Shown here: in pieces, positions 1-10,985 of the stretch | Numbering within the stretch: the stretch's first letter is position 1 | How the letters are laid out: the number at the start of each line of letters is the position of its first letter | Source: Selaginella moellendorffii | Taxonomy: Eukaryota > Plantae > Lycopodiophyta | Assembly: GCF_000143415.4 (NCBI RefSeq) | Contig: NW_003314305.1 | Coordinates: 867,709 to 931,708, forward strand | DNA: 64,000 nt | Direction: 5' to 3' | Notes under the pieces: generated by a model | Database searches by the model: none | Seen by the model: only the letters and a program-made list of their open reading frames with translations | What the model was told of the DNA's origin: nothing | Translations under genes and position numbers: made by a program

Positions 1-1593
1 CCGTTGAATATAGTCTTCTTTCTAAAACACAGGAAGCAAATAAGAAAGTTTGGACTTTTGATTATACTTCTGAAAGGCTTGAACGCAGCTGGGACACTTC
101 TTCACCAATTCCTCTCTTCACAGAATCTAGCTCTTGAATCTCGTCGTCCTTAACTGCTATGTTATATCGTTCTTTCTCGAGCTGTTGAGACAAAGTCCAT
201 AACAACTTAAACACTTTCAGAAAACATCTGCCAATGCAACGTCCAGCTCTCTCTGGGTCTTTGTTAAGGATGAATGCAGTTGTTCAATCTGAAAAAATCA
301 ACGTTAGTTAAAAAATTTCTTCAACATAAAACCCATGCAATCCCCAACCTTGCAGTTATCATTACTGATATTGTCCTCTTTCTTCTTACTGCTGCTAGTC
401 ATCTTATCTAACTCGTACTTTAATCTTTGGATCGTGCCAAAACAAAACAAGATTTATCGAAAATTAGAAAAACGAAGTACTACCAGTTCAGCCAAGCTTG
501 TCGCAGATGCATTCTTCTCAACACTGTGGAAGGCCACTCGGAAGAAAGAAAAAAATTATACCGGACAAACAGAGCCAGGAGTTTACTCTGCATGCTCGGA
601 CAACTTGTACATATCTGCGAGGGCACCTTTCAATTGCTCCTCCTGATATGGTGATCAACATGAAGCAATTGTAAATGTAAATAATTAGGAAGTCAAAACG
701 AGTAGCACCAAATGCCTGTTGTCTTCCTTCAGGACTTGGATGTCGTCTTCCAAACTAGACCTCGTCTGCAATCCTTTACGTGGCAAGATCATACAAGAGC
801 GTAAGAACGATAAAGTAGGAAACCAAAGCAAGAGAATAAGCAAACCACCTGGAGATGCTCCGCATGAGCGTTCTCAATCAAGGAATTGGCCTCTCTGAGG
901 CTTCCTTTCAGCATGGCCGTCTCTTTTGCTAGAGCTTCCCTTTCCTTGTAAACAACAGTCAGCCTGTTCTGAATGGCTAGTTTCTGAAAAAAAAGAAAAG
1001 AAAAAAACCATTGATAGGTGAAACTGGACCAGATCATTAAAATCTTACGTCGGTAGTCAAGTCGTATTGCAATGCATCATATTTTTGTTGAAGTGTAGAC
1101 ACCTTCTCTTTGTTCTCTACCTGCAAAGTATAAAAGTTTACAAATCGAATCAACTGACTAGCTTACCTTCAGCCGACTGATCTCATCTTTGTAATAAGCT
1201 CGAAGTTGCTGAGAAAATAATCAAACCGAACATAATATGGACCAAAACACGTGATTAAGCTCTCACATCCATCAGGTCTTTGTGTGAAGCCTCTTGCTTC
1301 ATTTGCTCTTCCTCTTGACGTTCAACCCGGGCCTGAAGTTCAGCCTCGTGCTTTTGCAAAAGAGCCTATCTCGCTCTTTCTTTCAATCCGTTCCTTTTCA
1401 ATCTGGCCAGTGAAAATCAAACAAAGACCAGCATGAAGTTGTCATTCGCACTTAGCAACCTTACCTCTTTTTCGTGCAAATGCTTTGCTTCTTCAAGCTC
1501 CTGAAAGCAAGCATTTAGCCAAATGAGAGCAATAAAAGAATCTTACACACATCTGAAAGATGGCTGATTGTTTCTAGTGTTGTTTGGAGCTCA
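1..1593 (-). pseudogene. FAM184-like coiled-coil gene, disrupted duplicate copy, middle exons (continues left of window)
   Basis: Co-linear with 30660-32270 of the intact copy (e.g. KLAIQNRLTVVYKEREALAKETAMLK exon). Ends abruptly at gagctca 1593, where gypsy sequence begins. Confidence 0.85.
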
Positions 1594-4500
1594 AGAGCCC
1601 CTTAGATAAACCACGTGGGAAAACAGACTAACACTAAGTCATCCACTTTGTACTTCACAGGTGGACAATGATGGGAGTTGTAGTGCTATTGTTGTTCCAC
1701 TTGTACACGGCCTAAGTGTTCGGTAGACTTTGCTCAGACAAATGGAAGAATGCTCGTCAAATACTGATCCCATGATTTAGCATCAGCAGCTCGTGGCAAT
1801 CGCAAAGGTAAACCTAGCTTTATTGATAATATTGGATCATGACTATATAGGAGTATATATGGTGAAACATTAACAGAATTGTGCACCCCTGTGATATATG
1901 CATATTGAAAAGATGGTAAATAACCATCCTAATCCAAATCCGAATGTTGAGAGTTCACATACTTCATGATTATCCTTTTGAACGTTCGAACAAGCCATTC
2001 CACTAGACCGTCTGATTTTGGATGATAAGCACTCATGAAAGTGTGGTGTATCCCCAACCAAGATGTCAAAACATGAAATGCCTTAGCCATAAATGCGGGA
2101 TTATTATCCAAAAAAATCCGCTCTTGACAAAAATGCTAGAACACCACTCGATTGAGGAGGAAGTATCTAACAGCAGTTGCAAAGGCACTAGCAAGAGCAC
2201 CAACTTCCACCCAACGAGTCAAGTAGTCAAAAGCAATAATAACATACTCATTGTCAACAATCGACCTTGGAAAATGTCCTATAAAATCAAATGCCACCAA
2301 CTCAAACGGACGAAAAACTGCAATTGACTCCAACCGTCTTTCCGCGGCATGAGGGGGAGTATTACGAGGTTGGCACCAAATGCAACTACGTACATACCGG
2401 ATAATATCACATCATATCTCCAGCAAATAGAAAGACCTGTGTAGCTTCTCGGTCACACGACAATGCCCATATACCCACCTAAAATAGGAGAATCATGGTA
2501 AGCATAGAGAAACCATAAAATAAAGATAGAAAGCACCACTAGCGGTAAATGATCATCAAGATCCGTCCCCACAAAATAAAGAAGACCATCCTCAATGTGA
2601 TATTAAGAATGTAAATGTCGGAAAGGCAAGTTATCAGCAAGTGATACAGGATTTTCAAACCCATCTCGAAGCCTTTGAATTCACAGCTTAATCTTTTGAG
2701 CCTCATGAACCTCATCAAGAGAAGGTAGATCTTGTTCTACATCTTATGGACATTGAATGTCAAGTACAACAACCGCAAATGGCACAGAATCCTCGTTTAG
2801 AAAATCCACAGATGCTGGAACAGTAGGCTCATCAGAAACATGAGAAGAGAGTGGAGAAGGAAGAGGAGCTCGAAAAAGGGCATCAACATCAGCCATAGAA
2901 CTCCCTAGGTGATGAACAACATAAAAAATGTAGTGCACTTTATTTCTCTCCCCTTAAACTAACTGGAAAAGGGGCAATTGCTTGATAAGAGAGCCCTTAG
3001 TGGCTATTTTATCCCTATTTATCCCTTAAGGTTCCAAGGATCCACAGTGATAGTATATCCAAATTTCATCCCATAATCATATGTGTTACACTCACCCCCC
3101 CTTTCAAAGATATCAATGTCTTCATTGACTATTAACTAACAACCCCTACTGAGCTAAAGGGAACCAATACCTCCATTTCTACATTAAATCTACCAATCCT
3201 TCCATTATATAAACTAACTATTCCATGTGAGGCAATTAATCATCCACTCATATTGTAGTCCTATGGTGGATACCTTTGTCTATGGATGCTCCACCAAGAG
3301 GAAAGATGTACGCATGAATGCCCAATACGTACGATTTCAAATTTAGGGGTAGGAATATATCTTGCTCAAAAGTATATTATATTTTTAAGTAGCCACTAAT
3401 CAATGGGAATGAACCCATGCCATTTGCTCCGATATCACATGTAGCACACTTTATCTCTCTCCCCTTAAGCCAACTGGAAAAGGGGCAATTGCTTGATGAG
3501 AGAGCCCTTAGTGACTATTTTATCCTCATTTATCCCCTAAAGTTCCAAGGATCCACAGTGACAATATATTCAAATCTCATCCCATGATCACATGTGTTAC
3601 AAAATCATATATCTGAAGTTTTAAAGCCCACTGAGCAATACAACTAACAAAGTTCTTTCGCTTCAATAATGAAGTAATGGCAGCATGGTCACTTTCAAGT
3701 AACGTTCGAGAACCATATAGATATACATGAAGTTTTTCGAAACCCCAGACTGCTGCTAAACACTCATTCTCTGTTGTGGAGTAGTTCACCTCCACTGGTT
3801 GTAATATATAACTTATATACGCAATGGGATGGCGCTGATCAGGCACACTCGAACTCTCTTGCATCAACACACCTCCAAGATTAATATCAGAAGTATCCAC
3901 GCGCAAAATAAAAGGTCGAATGTAGTTAGGATATGCCAAAACCAAAAGAGTCGTTAATAGCTTTTTGAGATCCATGAATGCCCACTCACAATTTGGAGAC
4001 CAAATGAAAGACGATGTTGATGACTTCAACAATGTTCATAATGGTGTAGTGCAATCAAAAAGGTGATTCACAAAACGACCGAGATACTGCACCTTACCCA
4101 AGAAGCATTGCACATCAATGACACATTTTGGAGTAAGGAACGTTAGAACAGCCACAAGTTTATCAGGATTAACTTGCAAACCCTCACGAGAAATACAGTA
4201 CCCAAGATAAGTTGTGTCTTTGGACCCAAATACATACTTCGACCGCTTCAACTTTAAACCAACGTCTCGTAACCAATCCAACACTTTACAAACATCATAA
4301 ACGTGCTCCTCCCACATCCCCTTCGAGTGGATTAAGACATCATCAATGAAATCAGCAGTCACTTCCGGCATATCGCAATGCAACTTTCAAATAACACCCT
4401 TCTCCAATATTTCCTTGATGTTTGCATGTAAAATCTTGATCTCCTTAGGTGATTGACGACGAATAAAAACCTTGATTGGACGAGCATCCCTAGTTGAAAT

Positions 4501-5467
4501 CGAATGACATGTGGCAATGCTGGCCCCAAACGATAGGCCAAATTCAAAGAGATCAGAATACTCCTTCATGAGCCAGTCAACCATTGCAACACAAAGATCG
4601 TCGAACGGATCGGAAAAGGGAAGACTAGAACAAGATAGAAACATAAAAAGAAATAACAGGGGAACAAAAGTAATGGAAGCAAAGGTAGAAGTAAAAGGAT
4701 AAAGAGGTATGGAAGTGAGAGGAATGAATGAAATATAAGGAAGAATGAGATAAGGGGGAGAAGCCTCAAAGTCACACTTGGCATGATTACACTATAACTA
4801 ATCTATACCAAAGATGAGGTCAAAAGCCAAGAATGATATGTGGCAATCACTGTGAAGTGATCGAATCAATAATACATATCATCCCTATGATTCATGCGAA
4901 AGAACTCCGGCCAAACGCAAGGATTGGCACCAAGAGTAGGAGGAGTTGTACCATGTGCCATGAATGCCACCATCAATTGATTTTGGTTGTTCAATTGTAA
5001 GCACATAACATCAAGCAATTGTACCAACAGTTGTTTCAGAGTCAAAGGAAGAGATTGCTAATCTGCCATGAAGATGAACGAAAAGGAAAGAGCAAAAGAA
5101 GAGAAATGACAAAAAGCTATAAGGAAATGGAGATTTAGACAATGCAAAAAGCTATATTTAAACCAAAATCCTGAAAAGAAAGAACAAAAGAAAAAAGTTA
5201 GATCTAGACGATGCAAGAGCTCGATCTAAACCAAAATCCCAAATCCAAACACTTCTTAGGGACAATCAAAAGTGCCCCTCAACTCGTCCAATATGAGGGC
5301 TTGGAATATGGAAAGGGAATATAGAAAATGTACATATTAATTAGCCCAAAAACCCTAGTTTATATACATGAGTGAGTGGTCTAGATTGAAACCAATTTGA
5401 TGGCTACTAAATTCCCATTATGCTAATATTAGTATATGGCATTGTAGCCGTACACTTGGCCCTCACA
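1594..5467 (-). mobile_element. Decayed Ty3/gypsy LTR retrotransposon, 5' LTR-RT-RNaseH-integrase, 3'-truncated
   Basis: RT fragment with FIDDVLI (4036-4383), RNase H FILRVDTSD..YSTTENECLAAVW (3577-4032), integrase PFELVAFDFIG..FDYLTRWVE and AYHPKSDGLVE (1929-2333). RT-RH-INT order; many stops and frameshifts. 176-bp LTR at 5292-5467 followed by a TGG-initiated putative PBS. Confidence 0.9.
2929..3601 (-). mobile_element. TRIM (terminal-repeat retrotransposon in miniature), 673 bp, nested in the gypsy pol
   Basis: 162-bp direct repeats at 2929-3090 and 3440-3601 with TG...CA ends. Minus-strand degenerate Met PBS (tgatatcggagc, 3426-3437) and PPT (aagggggggtgag, 3091-3103). 349-bp non-coding interior. 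Absent from the homologous pol copy at ~6190. Confidence 0.85.
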
Positions 5468-5857
5468 TATTGTGTTTATATGTTTATAATTTATAAACTT
5501 TCTTAAACACCTTTAAGTATATTCTAGCAATTAAATTCATCTTGTATTTATAAATTATAAACATGTTTATAGTTTAAATAATTTATAGTGTGTTCCATGT
5601 AGCAACACTTGGTTTTTTTAATAGTAGTATTATTTCTATTTATTAATTAAATTGATTTATAATTAAAAACATGTTTATAAATTATAAACACAAGATTAAT
5701 CTTATTACATATCAACCATTAAAAGGTAGAATAAACTAGAGTATACTAGGAAGTGTTTAGGAAAGTTTATAAATTATAATAATAAGATTAATCTAAATGA
5801 ATAACAATCATGAAATGGTAGAATATCTTAGAATATCCAATCATATTTTAGATATAT
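5468..5857. repeat. AT-rich foldback/MITE-like repeat
   Basis: 5485-5530 is an imperfect inverted copy of 5737-5780. 5597-5857 is repeated directly at ~9997-10262. Confidence 0.6.
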
Positions 5858-6955
5858 TCCAAACGACTACACTCAACCTTTTATTTTGCACGTGGATGTT
5901 TTTGATATTTGTTTTGGAGGTGTGTTGATGCAAGAGAGTTCAAGTGTGTTTAGTCACCACTATCCCATTGCGTATATAAGTTATACATTAAAACCAGCAA
6001 AGGTGAACTACTCCACGACAAATAAGGAGTGTTTAGCAACAATTTGGGGTTTCAAGAAATTTCATGCATATCTACATAGTTCTTGAACATTATTTGAAGG
6101 TAACCATACTACCGTTACTTCATTATTGAAGCGAAAGAACTTTGTTAGTTGTATTGCTTGGTGGGCTTTAAAGTTTTAAATATATAATTTTTGATGTTGT
6201 TTATTGCCTAGGGAGTTCTATGGCTGATGCTGATGCCTTTATCTCGAGCTCCTCTTCCTTCTCCACTTTCTTCTCATGTTTTTAACAAGCCTGTTATTCT
6301 AACATCTGTGGATTTTCTAGACAAGGATTTTGTGCCATTGGCGGTTGTTATACTTGATATTCAGTGTCCATAAGGTGCAGAGCAAGATTTACCTTCTCTT
6401 GATGAGGTTCGCAAGACTCAAAAGATTGAGCCATGGATTCGAAGGTTTCGCGATGGGTTTGAGAATTCTATATCACTTGTTGATGACTTGCCTTTCTGGC
6501 ATTTACATTCTCAATATCGCCTTGAGGACGGCCTTCTTTATTTTGTGGGGACGAATCTTGATAATCATTTACGGCTGGTGGTGCCTTCTGTCTTTATTCC
6601 GCAGTTTCTCCATGCCTACCATGATTCTCCTATTCTAGGTGGGCATATGGGACATTGTTGTGTAACCGAGAAGCTACATAGGTCTTTCTATTGGCCGAAG
6701 ATGCGATGTGATATTGTCTAGTATGTGCGTAGCTGCGTTTGGTGTTAAGCTCGTAATAATCCCCCTCATGTCGCGGAAGGATGGTTGGAGTCAATTGCAG
6801 TTTTTCATCCGTTTGAGTTGGTGGCATTTGATCTTATAGGACATTTTCCACGGTCAATTGTTGGCAATGAGTATGTTATTATTGTTTTTGACTACTTGAC
6901 TCGTTGGGTGGAAGTTGGTGCTCTTGCTAGTGCCTCTGCAACTGCTACTGGATAC

Positions 6956-8817
6956 TATAAGCGACTAAATTTTCCATTCTACTTTAGTCACTTAACCACA
7001 CCTCCAACCACTTGGAGGAGTCTCACTCACAACCTCCGTAAGTCCTATTTCAGACTTGGGCTTGTTAGCCCCGAGAATGGCATCCCCGCCACTCAACCTT
7101 TGCACTCGATCCAAGTGCTCCACGTGTCTGATCCCATGACCGACACCCCAAGGTACCACCGACATATCCGCCCGTTACGCTAAGGCCATGCCCCTTTACC
7201 TTGGTCACACTAGTGGTCTAACACCACCTACATCATAGTCCCCTCTCTCAAGGACTGAGCCATCCGTCCATGAGTGATCATTCCAGATCCACTCCTTAGC
7301 ATCCTTAAGATGCCCACAGACATGGGGAATAGCCTTCCCCAATATCCCTTTTCCGGTCTTTGCCAAGTCCCTTTCTGGCCATGGCCATATTTGCCAACAC
7401 TGCCACTGGATCAAGGCTCACAGGCCCGACCACTAAGTCCCACGGTCCTCTGGGACTTCCTCACCACACGACTGTATCTTTAGTCACTACACCAAAGGAC
7501 TGCTCCTCTGCCTTTCCACAGTCTGGGCCTTCAGGATAACATTTCGGAACACCGTGGCCTTATGCAAGCCTCATGGGTACTCTCCCCGCCTTTCGCCTTT
7601 AGGTGCTCTAGCCATGGGCTTAGAGCAAGGTTCCATTGAGCCACGACAGGTATCCAGGTACGTAGTGCCACCCACACTTGGACTGGGAGCATCGGGCAGT
7701 CGATCTCCCGGGGGAACTAGAGCCGGCTCTTGAACACTTCACCAAGCTACCCCGCTTGTCGGTCCGTGTTCACTCTAGTCTTGGACTTCCCAATGGGCAG
7801 CTCATCACCCAACACTGGGTCCGGCCTTCCTGGGCCAAACTGGCCTTTCCTGGCCAAACTGGCTCCACTGCAGTCCTCCCCCTACTATACTTTTGGAGCT
7901 CACCAAACCCCCCAGGGTCTGGGAGACGAACGCTTTGGGCTTTCACCCTCTCAGACTCGGACTCGGACTCGGACTCGGACTCGGACTCGGTCTCAGCCTC
8001 GGCCTCGGTCCCGGTCCTGGTCCCGGTCTTGTCTCGGTCTCGGTCTCAGTCCCGGTCTCAGTCTCGATCTCGGACTCCATCTCGGGTCCTTCTCGGACTC
8101 CATCTCAGATTCCATCTCGGGTCCATCTCGAACTCCATCTCGGACTCCGTCTCGGTCCATCTCGGACTCCATCTCAGACTCCATCTTAGGTCCATCTCGG
8201 ACTCCATCTCGGGTTCATCTCGGACTCCACCTCGGACTCCATCTCGGACTCCATCTTGGGTCCATCTCGGACTCCACCTCGGGTCCATCTCGGACTCCAC
8301 CTCGGACTCCATCTCGGGTCCATCTCGGGTCCATCTCGGGTCCATTTCGGACTCCACTTCGGGTCCATCTCGGACTCCACCTCGGACTCCATCTCGGACT
8401 CCACCTCGGGTCCATCTCGGACTCCACCTCGGACTCCATCTCGGACTCCATCTCGGGTCCATCTCGGACTCCACCTCGGGTCCATCTCAGACTCCACCTC
8501 GGACTCCATCTTGGACTCCATCTCGGGTCCATCTCGGACTCCACCTCGGGTCCATCTCGGACTCCACCTCGGACTCCATCTCGGACTCTTCCACGTGTCA
8601 TGTGTTGGTCCTTTTGAGTCCCTTTTTGGAGCCTCGCTTATTGCTCACTTTGTGCTCATTCCTCGAGCACTTCGTTAGGAGTTCCACTCCCGCTCTCGAC
8701 CTTTCAAGTCGGAGCTTTTGGCCCAAACGTGTTACACTCGTTTGGCTTTTGCTTCGGCCACTACCACGTGGCACCCTTCCGGCTCCACTTTGGGGCCTAG
8801 GGATTTTGTGTCTCATA
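6956..8817 (-). mobile_element. Solo LTR (1862 bp) of the same family as element 12859-20631
   Basis: Reverse-complement homology to 12859-14686. Perfect 5-bp TSD GATAC (6951-6955 / 8818-8822). Empty site visible in the homologous integrase at ~2163-2167. Termini mutated TG>TA and CA>TA. Confidence 0.92.
7950..8590. repeat. GC-rich hexamer and 11-12-mer tandem repeat inside solo LTR
   Basis: (ctcgga)n, (ctcggt)n, then ccatctcggact / ccatctcgggt units. Confidence 0.95.
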
Positions 8818-9853
8818 GATACTTCCTCCTCAATCGAGTGGTATTCTAACATTTTTGTCAAGAGCGGATTCTTTCGGATAATGGTCCCACATTTATGGCT
8901 GAGGCATTTTATGTTTTGATATCTCAATTGGGGATACACCACACTTTCACGAGTGCTTATCATTCACAATCAGATAGTCTAGTGGAATAGCTCATTCGGA
9001 TATTCAAAAGGATAATCACGAAGTATGTGAACTTTCAGCATTCGGATTGGGATGGTTATTTGCCGTTTTTTCGGTATGCATATGTCACATGGGTGTAGAA
9101 TTTTGTTGGTGCTTCACCATATAAACTCCTATATGGTCATGATCTAATATTACCAACAGAGCTGGGTTTACCTTTGCAATTGCCATGAGCTGCTGATGCT
9201 AGGTCGTGGGATTAATATTTGACAAGCATTCTTTCATTTGTCCAAGCAAAGTCTATCGAACACTTAGGCTATGTACAAGTGGGACAAAAATAGTGCTACA
9301 AGTCCCATTATCGTCCACCTATAGAGTACAAAGTGGATGACTTGGTGTTAGTCTGTTTTCCCCATTTTACAATACGTGGTTTATCTAAGGGGCTCTTTGC
9401 TCAGTGAAAAGGACCGTATCGGGTGTTGCAGCAAGTGGGACCACAAGTTTATGAAGTTCGACATGACGTTCAGTAGACTGATCCTCCAGAGATTATGTAT
9501 GTGCAATGGTTGAAACGCTTCATACAAAGGGATCAAGAACAATTAATACCACCTACAAATTCGCCAATGCCTCCTCCTGACATTCTTTCAAATCCCAGCC
9601 CATCTACAAGAGAACCTTGATGGTCTTCCATTATTTTGAGAGGAGGGAATGATATAAGGGCTAAATGTACGGCTACAATGCCGTATACTAATATTAATGT
9701 AGTGGGATTTTGGTAGCCGTTGGATTGGTTTCAATCCGGACCACTCGTTCTTGTATATAAACTAGGGTTTTTGGGTTAATTGATATGCACATTTGTTATA
9801 TTCCCTTTCCATATTCCAAGCACTCACATTTTTCCATATTCCAAGCACTCACA

Positions 9854-10326
9854 ATAATAAATAAACAAAATAATTAATAATTTTAAATTAAATTAAATTA
9901 GTATTTTATATCTACCATAAAATTCATACAAAACTTATAATATGTTTTGAAAATAAAATTAAAATTAATCATTTTAAAATAATTTGCTGCATGTTGCATA
10001 TAGCAATGCTTGGTTTGCTTAATAGTAGTGTTATTTCTATTATTAACCTTTAATTATAAACATATTTAGAATTTATAAACACAAGATTAATTTTATTGAA
10101 TATCAACTATTAGATGGTAGAATAAACTAGAATATATACTAGGAAGTGTTTAGGATTGTTTATAAATTATATAATTTATAAATACAAGATTAATATAAAT
10201 CAATTACAACCTTTATATGGCAGAATATTCTAGAATATCCAAGCATATTCTAGGTATATCCACTATCACACAGGTTTACTTAAGTAAACCAAAAAATCTA
10301 GAATAAATAAGGCTGTGAAATAAACT
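9854..10326. repeat. AT-rich repeat, second copy
   Basis: Direct similarity to 5597-5857; an inverted fragment also lies at ~47880-47975. Confidence 0.6.
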
Positions 10327-10985
10327 TTTATCCCCTCCTTAAAGCCATATTCCTGTTGCTGTAGAGCACCACATTCCTAGTAAGCATTCCTCCTCCTAGT
10401 TGCAAAGTGAAAATCATACCCCTCAACAAGCTCCATCTTTTGGTTGTGAGTCGCCTCCAATGCTTCTATTGAAGAAGAAGAAGAAAAGAATTAAAACAAA
10501 AAAATGGAAGGAACGAAGTTCTTACCTTCTTATAAGCATTGAGCTCATTCTCGGCCTCGAGTCGCACAGCCTGCATTTTATTTTTCTTACTTTCATGTAT
10601 AAGCCTCGAAAAGGAAGAAAAGAAAGAAAGAGGAAAACAAAGGCTCTACCTCGGCCGCAGCTTTGATGCGATCTCCCTCGACGCGATACTGCATTGCATC
10701 TCTAAAGAGCTGGAGTCGCCCCACAGTTTTGCGAAGAATCTCCTCAATCTCGGTGTTATGCTGGCTCACCAAACTCTACAAACAACCAAACACCCGAAAT
10801 AATCTCCCATTCTCCCGAAATATCCATTCAATCAACCACAGATCGATCACACAAACCTGGTAGTAAATATTGGAATCCAACTCAGAAGAAGCGGTGAAAT
10901 GCTGGAGCAGTCCCGTTAGCTGTCCCACCTTGCTCTTCACCTTTCCTTCGATCTCATCCCACGACTAGATTAGAGCGCTCACCAT
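10327..10985 (-). pseudogene. FAM184-like disrupted copy, 5' exons
   Basis: Co-linear with 32279-32973. ATG at 10985; CAG>TAG stop at codon 7; small deletions. Confidence 0.85.

Larger units (their letters stand above)
5858..9853 (+). mobile_element. Decayed Ty3/gypsy 3' half (RNaseH-integrase-PPT-3' LTR), same family as 1594-5467, opposite orientation
   Basis: RNase H (5886-6086), integrase zinc-finger HDSPILGGHMG (6488-6721), core PFELVAFDLIG, GPY motif (~9411), purine tract at 9638-9649. 176-bp LTR at 9653-9828 is homologous to the reverse complement of 5292-5467, plus a 25-bp terminal duplication to 9853. Confidence 0.9.

Noticed and set aside
2929-3601. Cassandra-type TRIM
   Set aside because: No 5S rRNA-like sequence recognisable in the terminal repeats on either strand.
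7678-8919. Long ORFs (295-413 aa) with RS/SD/LG repeats, also at 12688-13964 and 18739-19910
   Set aside because: They lie within LTRs, are open in many frames because the repeat lacks stops, mostly start at non-ATG codons, and shift frame between copies. Not called as genes.
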